Source: Meiothermus sp. (GTDB lineage Bacteria > Deinococcota > Deinococci > Deinococcales > Thermaceae). Taken from it: 64,000 nucleotides of DNA. A program made the position numbers and the translations under genes. The notes beneath the pieces were generated by a model, which was not told the origin of the DNA, did not search any database, and saw only the letters and a list, made by a program, of their open reading frames with translations. Where the stretch lies: assembly GCA_033762915.1 (NCBI GenBank), contig JANRLD010000115.1, positions 110,410 to 174,409 of the forward strand, written 5' to 3'. Below are positions 1 through 8,710 of the stretch, in pieces. The first letter of the stretch is position 1; the number at the start of each line of letters is the position of its first letter.

Positions 1-73
1 GATGCGCTGAAGCGGGCGTAATGTACCCCGCACATCCGAGTCTCTGCGCGCGTGGTATTCGTGGGAATCGCTG
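1..73. mobile_element. MITE-like repeat family A, partial copy at window edge
   Basis: Near-identical reverse complement of 49726-49798; ends in GTGGGAATCGCTG followed by TGA. Confidence 0.75.
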
Positions 74-103
74 TGAGGGGCGATCAAACCACCACACGCC
101 GCC

Positions 104-1012
104 TTAGGTCGCCTCTCGAGCCCCCGACTCTGCTGTTGCGGGTGGGCTCGAGCGAATCTTCCCCAGCGTGTTGACGATCACCACCCCCACCAGCGCTACC
201 GCACCGCCGATAAAGTCCAGCCTGGTGGGCACCTCGCCCAGCCAGAAAAAGGCGATCAGGGTGGCCAGAACCGGGTTGATGTAGAGGAAGCTGGTCACCC
301 TCGAGGCCGGAACCTTGGACAGCGCGTAGTTCCAGGTCAGATACGAAAGTCCGCCGGGCAGCACCCCCAGGTAAATCACGGCCCAAAAAGCCTGCGGCGA
401 GGCCGACTGCACCTCGCCGACCAGGCCCGGCCAGAAGACCAGCAGCGGCAGGGTTCCGGCCCAGATCGAGTAGGCGGTGAAGCGGAGCGGGCCGTACTTC
501 TGCACGACCCCGCGCTGGAAGACGAAGTAGATCGAGGTGACGAAGGCCGCCAGCAGGACCAGCAGGGCACCGGCCTCGAGGTGGAGCCCCCCCTTGTGCC
601 CAGCCGCGATCATCGCCGCTCCCGAGAAAGCCACCCCCGTCCCCAGCCAGCCCAGCGCCGAGAGGCGTTCTTTGAGGAAGAGCAGCGAGAGTAGCGCGGT
701 GATCACCGGCCCGCAGGCGATCAGCAGTGCGGCCGGCCCAGCCTGCACCGTGACCTGCCCGTAGTTGAGCGCGGTGTGGTAGCAGGTGATACCCAGGAAC
801 CCCAGCCCGAAGATCGGTAGCCAGTCGCGCCGCTCCGGCAGCGGCATCCGCACCACCACAGCGTACGCCAGCAGCGTCGCCGAGGCCGCCAGAAAGCGCA
901 GGAGCGTCAGGTGACCCGGGCTAAACTCGAGCAGCCCGGCCCGGATTCCCGCGAAGGCCGAGGCCCAGGGGACCAGGGTCAGCAAGATCGCCAGCAATGC
1001 CCGAGAGTCCAT
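104..1012 (-). CDS. DMT/EamA family transporter
   Basis: 302 aa with about 10 TM segments in two EamA-like repeats; TAGAAT lies 6 nt before the ATG (leaderless-type). Confidence 0.9.
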   Translation of the reverse strand: MDSRALLAILLTLVPWASAFAGIRAGLLEFSPGHLTLLRFLAASATLLAYAVVVRMPLPERRDWLPIFGLGFLGITCYHTALNYGQVTVQAGPAALLIACGPVITALLSLLFLKERLSALGWLGTGVAFSGAAMIAAGHKGGLHLEAGALLVLLAAFVTSIYFVFQRGVVQKYGPLRFTAYSIWAGTLPLLVFWPGLVGEVQSASPQAFWAVIYLGVLPGGLSYLTWNYALSKVPASRVTSFLYINPVLATLIAFFWLGEVPTRLDFIGGAVALVGVVIVNTLGKIRSSPPATAESGAREAT

Positions 1013-1097
1013 CCGGCGATTCTACGGCAGGACACAGGCTTTGGGGAAGGAAAACCAAAGGCGAGGATCAGCGGTCGCAGGTTACGGCAGTTGTCGA

Positions 1098-1793
1098 TTA
1101 GAACCTGTACGAAAACGACACGCTGAACAGGGTGTTGGCCCGCAGGGTGGCGTTGCGGGCGTCGGGGGGCAGGAACAGGGCGCTAATCTCGGGGGAGATG
1201 GTGAAGCGCTCGCCCAGCTTGGCGTTGACCCCGATGGTGGCCCCGGGGTTAAGGCGGGGGCCGGAGCAGCTCAGGGCGTTGGTACCCTGGCAGAGGAGGT
1301 AGGTGTAGAGGCGCGGCCCGGCGTAGCCCCTGGCGGTCTCGAGGGGAATCTGGAAGAAGTAGCCCAGGTCCAAGGCGACGCCGCTCGAGATGTAGGTGGT
1401 GAGCTGGCTGGTGCCGCCAGTGTAGAGCCAGTAGTCGGCCGCCTCGTAGGCCAGGTTGAGCGAGGCCACCAGACCGGCCAGATCGCCCTCGCCCACGTAG
1501 GAGCCCCGCATGAACACCCCGGTGCGCGGCGGCACCTTCAGCTCGAAGCCCAGCGGGCCGTTGGTCACCTCGAAGCCAAAGCCGATCGAGTCGACCTTAA
1601 TCCCCATGGCGACCTCGCCCGGCTTGCTGACTCTGGCCGAGGCCAGGGTCGAGATGAAAACCGGGGCGGCGCTCTGTGGCGAGGGAACATTAGGCCCGCC
1701 GGGTGAGGAGCCGACCGGGGCCAGCGCGGAGGGCGCGCAGGCCGCGAACAACAGACCAAAACCGATGAGGGCAATACGCGAGGAAGTCTTCAT
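1098..1793 (-). CDS. Putative lipoprotein with outer-membrane beta-strand-rich body
   Basis: Start at MKTSSR (TACTTT 6 nt upstream); lipobox-like LFAAC; C-terminus FSVSFSYRF. Confidence 0.65.
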   Translation of the reverse strand: MKTSSRIALIGFGLLFAACAPSALAPVGSSPGGPNVPSPQSAAPVFISTLASARVSKPGEVAMGIKVDSIGFGFEVTNGPLGFELKVPPRTGVFMRGSYVGEGDLAGLVASLNLAYEAADYWLYTGGTSQLTTYISSGVALDLGYFFQIPLETARGYAGPRLYTYLLCQGTNALSCSGPRLNPGATIGVNAKLGERFTISPEISALFLPPDARNATLRANTLFSVSFSYRF

Positions 1794-1954
1794 GCCCTTA
1801 AAGTAGCACCTCGGCCTGGGATGTTCCGCCCGTAACGCCCCGGAGTAACTGTAATCTGCGACGGGCCTCGGAGGGCGGCACAAAACAGCGGCACCCAGCA
1901 CAGGGCTTGCGCGCGTGCGGGAGCCGTCGCTGCGCGCGCCGTCTTTTGCCGGGT

Positions 1955-2863
1955 TTACCTTAGGGGTATCCGGTAGGCATATACCACCTCGTTGCCCCGC
2001 CTCTGCCCTATCCAAAGCGCCTCGAGGCTCCCCGCCAGCGAGGTGTTGAAGCTGATCGGGCCGTTGAGGGCCTGCCAGAAGCGGGGCTGCTCGCCCAGGG
2101 CAAGGTTGAACTGGCCTGCGGGCAGGCTCAAGGACACCACCCGCCCAGCCACAGTGCTGACCTCGAGCCTGGTCCGAATCTGCAGGCCGCGCTCGCCCGG
2201 CTTGGTGTTCCACCAAGTCTGGCCATCGAAGAGGCCATAGCGCACGCTGGCGCCAGGGGGCAGCTCGAGCCGGGCGTTGATGGGCGGGTTGAGGCGCTGG
2301 TAGAGCCCGCTGCCCAGGAAGATCCCCACCGTTCCCGACGCATTGCCGCTGAGCACCAGCACGTCGCGCTGCACCTGAGCGGGGCTGCTGCCGATGCTTG
2401 CCTCGAATAGCCGTCCGATGAAGTTTTGCACCACCATCACCTTGTTGCCCTGCCGCACGAAAGCCACACCCAGGTGGGTGTACTCGGGCTCGAGCATGTT
2501 CTTGCGATGGGGCGGGCTATTCATCCAGCCCACCACCGAGCGCCGCGGCAGCTCGGCGTCCTGGTAGTTCTCGAAGGAGGCCAGGTTCTCGCCGGTGGTC
2601 ACGTCCATCACCCCGGCTTGCCGCATCCGCCAGGCCGCGTCGCGCCCCTCGGGGTTGAGGTGGGCAAAAAAGTTCCGCCGCAGCATGTCCGCCGCGTGGC
2701 CGAGGGCGGCCTTGTAGGCGGTGTGGTCCCACTGCAGGGCCCGCAGGCCGCGCTGTATACGCTCCTGATTGGTGCGCTGCAAAACCTCGAGTTCCAAGTC
2801 ACTCTGAGCGAGGGCCATAGAGGTTAACGCGACGAAGAGCAAGAACCAGCGCATCTTCATCAT
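1955..2863 (-). CDS. Secreted CAP/SCP domain protein
   Basis: Signal peptide; TNQER, HAADM..FFAH, GENLA, GWMNSPPHRKNML motifs. Confidence 0.88.
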   Translation of the reverse strand: MMKMRWFLLFVALTSMALAQSDLELEVLQRTNQERIQRGLRALQWDHTAYKAALGHAADMLRRNFFAHLNPEGRDAAWRMRQAGVMDVTTGENLASFENYQDAELPRRSVVGWMNSPPHRKNMLEPEYTHLGVAFVRQGNKVMVVQNFIGRLFEASIGSSPAQVQRDVLVLSGNASGTVGIFLGSGLYQRLNPPINARLELPPGASVRYGLFDGQTWWNTKPGERGLQIRTRLEVSTVAGRVVSLSLPAGQFNLALGEQPRFWQALNGPISFNTSLAGSLEALWIGQRRGNEVVYAYRIPLR

Positions 2864-2917
2864 CGTAAGCCAGAGGGTAGCGCGCCTGGGTTTACCTGGG
2901 GTAAGCCGCCGTTCATT

Positions 2918-2949
2918 AAAAAAGCCCCGCAGCTTTGCGCTGCGGGGCT
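2918..2949 (-). terminator. Intrinsic terminator
   Basis: 11-bp stem AGCCCCGCAGC/GCTGCGGGGCT followed by a U-run on the minus strand. Confidence 0.85.
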
Positions 2950-2986
2950 GCTTAGACCGAACCGACAGAGGCTAAGCGCTGAGGGC

Positions 2987-3025
2987 TTAGGCCGAAACCA
3001 CCTCGACGTTGGGTTTTTGACTCAC
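2987..3025 (-). CDS. Putative 12-aa small ORF MSQKPNVEVVSA
   Basis: GTG start 4 nt after a perfect SD AAGGAGGTGA (3030-3039); TATACT at 3046-3051; terminator downstream. Confidence 0.5.
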   Translation of the reverse strand: MSQKPNVEVVSA

Positions 3026-3114
3026 GCTATCACCTCCTTGACAGGAGTATACGCCACCGGGCAAAAATAAAGGTGGAAAAAAACCCGATTCCCCCGAAGC
3101 AGGGTAACGGCCCC

Positions 3115-3954
3115 TCACCCCTTAACCGCCCCCTCGAGGCCCCGCATAAACAGCCGCTGGGCCGCAAAAAAGATGACAAGCACCGGAAGCATCATGATCA
3201 TCGCACCCGCCGCCACGTTGAACACGTCGTAGTTAAACTGCCCCTTTAGCTTGAGGATGGCCACCGACATCGGCAACAGCTTGTCGTTGGTCAGGAGCGC
3301 CACCGAGGGCCAGAAGTAGGCGTTCCAGGTGCCCACCAGCGTGAAGATGCCCAGCGCGGTCAGCGAGGGCACCGAGAGGGGGATCATGATCCGGGTCAGG
3401 ATCTGCAGCTCGCCAGCCCCGTCGATGCGGGCCGCTTCCATCAGGGTCGAGGGGATTGCCATGTAGGCTTGGCGCATCACGAAAATGCCGAAAGCGGTTG
3501 CGATCAGCGGCAGCACCACCCCCCAGTAGGTGCCGAGGATGCCGAGTTGGTTCAGCAGGATCACCTTGACGATGAAGGTGGTCTCGTCGGGCAGCACCAA
3601 AGTGGCGATGATGACGCTGAACAGGATGCCCTTGCCGGGGAAGTTGAGCCGGGCCAGCGGGTAGGCGGCCAGCGACGAGACGACGAGGGTGCCCACCACG
3701 GTCATCGCGGTGATGATCACCGAGTTGAGGAAGCTCTGCCCCAGGTTGAGCTTCTCAAAGACCTCCACGAAGTTCCCGAGTGTCACGGCGGGCGGAAAGA
3801 GGCTGGCCGGGAAGTCGTAGATGGAGATGCCGCTGGCCCTCTTGTCGGTGATGGAAATCGCCAGCGTCCACAAGAAGGGGAAGACCGCGAAGCCCAGGAT
3901 GACCAGCATGACGAGGTAGCTCGAGGCCACCCCCAACGCCTTGCGCCAGTTCAT
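3115..3954 (-). CDS. Carbohydrate ABC transporter permease (MalG-like)
   Basis: EAARIDGA EAA loop; about 6 TM segments; coupled to the upstream permease. Confidence 0.92.
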   Translation of the reverse strand: MNWRKALGVASSYLVMLVILGFAVFPFLWTLAISITDKRASGISIYDFPASLFPPAVTLGNFVEVFEKLNLGQSFLNSVIITAMTVVGTLVVSSLAAYPLARLNFPGKGILFSVIIATLVLPDETTFIVKVILLNQLGILGTYWGVVLPLIATAFGIFVMRQAYMAIPSTLMEAARIDGAGELQILTRIMIPLSVPSLTALGIFTLVGTWNAYFWPSVALLTNDKLLPMSVAILKLKGQFNYDVFNVAAGAMIMMLPVLVIFFAAQRLFMRGLEGAVKG

Positions 3955-4859
3955 CGCTCCCCCCTGTCCTCGCGGGTCAGGCGAAAGTTGAGATAGGAGA
4001 GCGCCAGGCCCACGACGGCAATCAGCAGGCCCGCCGCGCTGGCCTTGCCGTAGTCGAAGTCCAGGCCCAGGCTCTTGTTGTAGACGTAGAGCAGGGCGGT
4101 ATAGGTGGAGTTAAGCGGCCCACCGGTGCCATTGGTGAAGACCAGGATCTCCTCGAGCACCCGCAGCGCGGCGATAGTGGAGAGCAGGCTGCACAGCAGG
4201 ATGGTGGGGCGCATCAGCGGCACGATGATCAGCCAGAAACGCTGCCAAGCAGTGGCTCCGTCGAGGGTGGCGGCCTCCTCGAGTTCGCCCGGAATGCTCT
4301 GCAACCCGGCCAGATACAGCACCATGTAGTAGCCGAAGCCGCGCCAGAAGGTCACCAGCATGATCGCCCACAGCGCGGTGTTCTCGTTCAGGAGCCAGCT
4401 AAAGCGGTTATCCCAGTTTATGAGGTTGAGCAGCTCGAGCGACCAGTTTAGAAATCCGTCCTTCTGAAAGATCCATTCCCACATCACTGCGGCCAGCGTG
4501 ATCGAGGTCACCACCGGGACGTAGTATCCCGCCCGGAAGAAGGGCATGAAGGGGAGTTTCTGGTTGACCAGCACCGCCACCGCCAGCGCGGCGATCTGCA
4601 AAATCGGCACCACCAGCAGGTACTTGAGCGAGTTGAGCACCCCGGTCTGGAACAGCGGGTCGTTCAGCACGTACTCGATGTTCTGGAGCCCCACCCACCT
4701 CGGCGGCTCGCCCGAGCCGAGGTTGGCTGCGGTGTACTCGGTAAAGGCCAGATAGGCCCCGTAAAGGAGCGGGTAGAACAGGAACAAGCCCATCAGAACC
4801 AGGGCCGGGGCCAGGAAGGCGTAGGCCAGAAGGGCAGTGAACTGGGCTTGGCGTCTCAT
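3951..4859 (-). CDS. Carbohydrate ABC transporter permease (MalF-like)
   Basis: WVGLQN and EEAATLDGA motifs. Confidence 0.92.
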   Translation of the reverse strand: MRRQAQFTALLAYAFLAPALVLMGLFLFYPLLYGAYLAFTEYTAANLGSGEPPRWVGLQNIEYVLNDPLFQTGVLNSLKYLLVVPILQIAALAVAVLVNQKLPFMPFFRAGYYVPVVTSITLAAVMWEWIFQKDGFLNWSLELLNLINWDNRFSWLLNENTALWAIMLVTFWRGFGYYMVLYLAGLQSIPGELEEAATLDGATAWQRFWLIIVPLMRPTILLCSLLSTIAALRVLEEILVFTNGTGGPLNSTYTALLYVYNKSLGLDFDYGKASAAGLLIAVVGLALSYLNFRLTREDRGER

Positions 4860-4870
4860 AAGACTATAGG

Positions 4871-4957
4871 GCGGGGAAAGAGAAAAGAGAAAGGGGGAAA
4901 GAGGTGGCGTAGTGCGTCTGATTCACCCATTCTCCTTTCTCCTTCCTCCTTCCTCGC
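4871..4957. repeat. Purine-tract/pyrimidine-tract imperfect hairpin
   Basis: GA-rich arm followed by CT-rich arm; similar structures at 8576-8656, 29905-29998 and 49625-49706. Confidence 0.5.
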
Positions 4958-4966
4958 ATTTACGAA

Positions 4967-6211
4967 CTACTTAGCGTTCGCGTTCCAGAAGGTCACGGCG
5001 TCGTCGAGGGCCTGCTTGGCGGTCTTGCGGCCCAGGAAGGCGGCCTCGATATTGTCGTTGAAGTTCTTGTACACGTCGTCGGTGTTCTTGGGGGGCTTGA
5101 AGCCGGGGTTGATCAGGCGGCCGGAGCTCGAGTTCATGCCCTTGCCGATCTCGAGGGGGTCGTTGCCCTTGGCCCTGAGGCCGGGGTCGCGCTCCGAGCC
5201 GGCGGCGGTGGAGACGATGGGCACCACGTTGGCGAACTTGACCTGGTTGGTGCGGTTGGAGACAAATAGGGCCAGTTTGGCGGCAGCCACGCGGTTCTTG
5301 GAGGCCACCGGGATCACCAGGCTCATCGCGCCGCCGGTCTGGATGCCGGCCTTGCCCAAGGGGGCGGCCATGATCTTGGTCTTGGCATAGAGGTCGGGGT
5401 TGGCCTCTTTGACCCGGTTGAGGGTGGTGGGGGCGCCGACCACGATGGCGCTCTTGCCCTGGCTGTACAGCTCGTTGGAGAGCTGGAAGGCCTCCTTGCG
5501 CAGCAGCTCCTGCGGGATCACGTCGGCCTTCATGGCGTCCACGTACTGCTGGAGCAGGGCGACGTGGGCAGGGCTGTTAAAGTTGGCCTTGCCGTCCTTG
5601 TCGTAGATCGAGAGGCCCTCGAGGAAGAAGCGGCCCAAGAAGCTGGCCCCGTTGGGGTCCTTGACCGAGGGCAGCCAGCCGTAGGCGCCGGTGGCCTGCT
5701 TGATCTTGGCCGAGGCGGCCAGCAGGTCGTTGGTGTTCTTGATGGTGGCGGGGTTTATGCCAGCTTTCTGCAGCAGCTCAGGGTTGTACATCATCACGCC
5801 CTGGTCCAGCCAGCCGTACCAGGGAAGCCCGTAGACCTGCCCCTCGGTCACGAACATGTCCAGCACGTTGGGGTAGTAGAGCTGGTTGAGCACACCCCGG
5901 TTGACCACCTGGGTGATGGGCAGCAGGATCTTGTTCTGCGCCCCGGCGAAGGTGGAGTCCTGCCACAGGTTCACCACGTCGGGGGCCTTGCCCAGCGCGA
6001 TGGAGGCGGTCAGGTCGCGCTCCATGGTGTCCTGCTTGTCCACCCACTTCACGGTGATGCCAGGGTTGGCCTTTTCAAAGTCGGCGATGGTGCTCTTGAT
6101 GTAGTTGTCGAAGTTCGGGCTCAGGTAGTACGTCCAGAACTCGAGCTGGGTCTGGGCGAAGGCACTCAGCGAGAACGCCATCACCCCTGCGGCTAGAAGT
6201 TTCTTAAGCAT
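4967..6211 (-). CDS. Sugar ABC transporter substrate-binding protein
   Basis: Signal peptide (AFA-Q); FEKANPGITVK, APDVV, GQVYGLPW family-1 SBP motifs; SD GAGGAGG. Confidence 0.92.
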   Translation of the reverse strand: MLKKLLAAGVMAFSLSAFAQTQLEFWTYYLSPNFDNYIKSTIADFEKANPGITVKWVDKQDTMERDLTASIALGKAPDVVNLWQDSTFAGAQNKILLPITQVVNRGVLNQLYYPNVLDMFVTEGQVYGLPWYGWLDQGVMMYNPELLQKAGINPATIKNTNDLLAASAKIKQATGAYGWLPSVKDPNGASFLGRFFLEGLSIYDKDGKANFNSPAHVALLQQYVDAMKADVIPQELLRKEAFQLSNELYSQGKSAIVVGAPTTLNRVKEANPDLYAKTKIMAAPLGKAGIQTGGAMSLVIPVASKNRVAAAKLALFVSNRTNQVKFANVVPIVSTAAGSERDPGLRAKGNDPLEIGKGMNSSSGRLINPGFKPPKNTDDVYKNFNDNIEAAFLGRKTAKQALDDAVTFWNANAK

Positions 6212-6338
6212 ATTTCCTCCTCACAGGATTGCTAACGGGCGGCTGCCCGATAAGCCAAGGTTAGGGAAGCGGGATCGGGGCACGGCATATAAGGGCAGTA
6301 AGAAGCAGCTGCGTTCACTGTCCTCCGTTCCCCCTGAT

Positions 6339-7178
6339 TCAGTAATTCCTATCCGCGACGGCTGCCGCCGTGCGTGCGATGAACTCCGAGGCTTGGTTGC
6401 GGCGTAAGGCAACCAAAGTGTAAAGCAGATCGAGCACCAACAATTGTCCCATCTTGGCCGCCACCGAGCCGCCGGTCAGGGGGCTCTCGGCCACCGAGGT
6501 AACCAGCACCACGTCGGCATGCTTGGCGACCGGGCTCTTGGTGCGCTGGGTGATGGCGATGGTTCGGGCACCCGAGCGCTGGGCCACCTCCAGGGCCTTC
6601 ACCGCGTCGATGGTGGTGCCCGAGCGGGTGATGGAAATGGCGATGGCGCTCCTGTCCAGGGTGGCGGCGGCCATCGCGGCCATGTGGGCGTCGGCGTGGG
6701 CCTGGGTGGCATAGCCCAGCCGCATGAACTTGTAGGCGAAATCCTGGGCGGTCACGCCTGAAGCCCCCACGCCATAGATGTCCAGGCGTTTGGCCTCGAG
6801 CAGCAACTCCACGGCCTTGCCCACCAGCTTCAAGTCAATCAGGCGGCGGGTGTCCTCAAGGGCCTGCCGGGCATGATGGGCGACATACTCGAGGGCTTCC
6901 TCGGGGGTTTGGGGGTTCTGCTGCGGCTCGAGGCCGACCGGGCTGGCGGCCAGGTCGGAGGCCAGGGCCAGCTTGAAGTCCTGGAAGCCGCTGAAGCCCA
7001 GGTCGCGGCAGAAGCGGATCACGCTGGCCTCGGAGGAGCCCGAGCCCTCGGCCACCTCGACCACGGTCTGGTAGAGCAACTGCTGGGGGTTTTCCTGCAC
7101 GTAGTCGGCAATCTTGCGCAGCGCCGGGGTTAGGGCGCTGCCCGAGCCGCGCAGGCTGGCCATCGCGCCACTTCTCAC
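6339..7178 (-). CDS. MurR/RpiR family transcriptional regulator
   Basis: HTH SEASVIRFCRDLGFSGFQDFKLALA plus SIS domain (YGVGAS, SITRSG). Confidence 0.93.
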   Translation of the reverse strand: MRSGAMASLRGSGSALTPALRKIADYVQENPQQLLYQTVVEVAEGSGSSEASVIRFCRDLGFSGFQDFKLALASDLAASPVGLEPQQNPQTPEEALEYVAHHARQALEDTRRLIDLKLVGKAVELLLEAKRLDIYGVGASGVTAQDFAYKFMRLGYATQAHADAHMAAMAAATLDRSAIAISITRSGTTIDAVKALEVAQRSGARTIAITQRTKSPVAKHADVVLVTSVAESPLTGGSVAAKMGQLLVLDLLYTLVALRRNQASEFIARTAAAVADRNY

Positions 7179-7858
7179 CGCGCCCCCTTTAGCGCATCGG
7201 CGAAGGTTCGGGTGACCAGCTCGATGCGGGTCAGGGCTGTCCCGACCGTGACCGCGTAAGCCCCCGCCTGCAGCGCGGCTGCGGCCTCCTGCGGCGTGCC
7301 AATCCGGCCCTCGGCAATAACCCGCACCCCCTGTTGGGCCAGACGGCGCACCATCTCTAAGTCAGGCCCGACCAACTTGGGCGAGTGGTCGGTATAGCCG
7401 GACATGGTAGAGCCGACAAAGTCCGCACCCAGACGGTGGGCCTCGAGGCCCTCCTGCACGGTCGAGCAATCGGCCATCACCAGGCAGCCTTGCGCGTGGA
7501 TGGCCTCGATCATCCCCGCCACCGGGACGGGGCGCGGACGCTGGGTCGCGTCGAAGGCGATGATCTGCGCCCCCAGGCGGGCCAGGGCGGCAACATCGGA
7601 GAGTTCGGGGGTGATGTAGATCGGCGAGTCGGGGACCTCACGCTTGACCAGGCCAATGATGGGAACCTGGGTCAGCGGGCGGGTGGCCTCGAGGTCGGCC
7701 AAGCCCTCCAAGCGCAGTCCAACCGCCCCCCCGGCCAAGGTGGCCTGGGCCAGCGCCGCCACCAGGTGCGGCCTATCCAGCGGCCCGCCCCGCACCGGCT
7801 GGCACGAGGCGATAAGACCACCCTCGAGGGTCTGAAAAATCGTCTGGGGAGTGATCAT
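7175..7858 (-). CDS. nanE: N-acetylmannosamine-6-phosphate 2-epimerase
   Basis: GLIASCQP, PIIGLVKR, IYITP, STMSGYT, IAEGRI, VTVGTALTR. Confidence 0.93.
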   Translation of the reverse strand: MITPQTIFQTLEGGLIASCQPVRGGPLDRPHLVAALAQATLAGGAVGLRLEGLADLEATRPLTQVPIIGLVKREVPDSPIYITPELSDVAALARLGAQIIAFDATQRPRPVPVAGMIEAIHAQGCLVMADCSTVQEGLEAHRLGADFVGSTMSGYTDHSPKLVGPDLEMVRRLAQQGVRVIAEGRIGTPQEAAAALQAGAYAVTVGTALTRIELVTRTFADALKGAR

Positions 7859-7917
7859 AGGCAAAAGAGGAGGCACTCGAGGGTCACCCCCCGGCCACAG
7901 CGTTTCGGAACCCGTAT

Positions 7918-7967
7918 GGAGTACTACTCTGCGAGATAGGCTACCGGGTGAAGTAGTATTTTGTCAA
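7918..7967 (-). promoter_or_regulatory. Sigma70-type promoter of the nanE operon with two candidate RpiR operators
   Basis: TTGACA (7962-7967)-18 nt-TAGCCT (7938-7943); related boxes GGAGTACTACTC (7918-7929) and GAAGTAGTATTT (7950-7961). Confidence 0.6.
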
Positions 7968-8710
7968 TAGATTGTTCGCCTTAATACACAATGCGGAAGG
8001 CGTAGGGAGAAAGCTGCGGGCGACCCAGCAAGCCAGCGCAAGTCCCCTTTTGCTCTTTCCACACGTTACTTCACCAAGATTTTCATGTTCGACCACCGGC
8101 CAGGGTTTCCCCAAAAACCCGCTGCTTGATCTGCCTGGGGCGAGCGAGTTCCTTTGCGGGCATCCCCCTCTATGCCCTCAACACTGAAGTGAAATTTCAC
8201 TCCGATAAAGCAGGCGTTTGGTAAGGTCTGCCGCGCACCAGAGGGTTACCGGACTCGAGCGCAGACAGGGCGAACGACCAACGAGGTCACCGAAATCCTG
8301 CCACAAGCGCGAATCCAAAAGATCGGTGCGGTCTGCCGCAGCGCCGCTAAGACAGCACCCGCACGCCTCACGGCGGTTCCCGCGACACTCGGTGCGGCGG
8401 TGCTTGCCGGGCCGGGTACACTACGGCGCTGCGCGCTTCACCTTCATGGTGCGAAGCGCGATCAGATCAGCTTAGGTCCCCCTTTTCGGCGCGCTGGGTG
8501 AACCAATTTGGGGGAAATTACCTTTTCATGTAGGGTGAAGCGGTCAGCAGCAAGCGCCGAGTGTACAGCGCAGCCGGAGGAAAGAGGACAGAGAACAGGG
8601 GAAGAAACCGCAGGGCTTTCGTTGCCGCCTTCTCTTCCTTCTCCCCCACTGCTCCAGAGGTTCCTATGCCTGCAAAACTTCCCCACACCCCACCCGGTAA
8701 CATAGACCCG

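Noticed and set aside
7970..8700. Short ORFs or a known ncRNA in the nanE-nagZ spacer
   Set aside because: No convincing SD, codon bias or recognisable RNA motif; left uncalled
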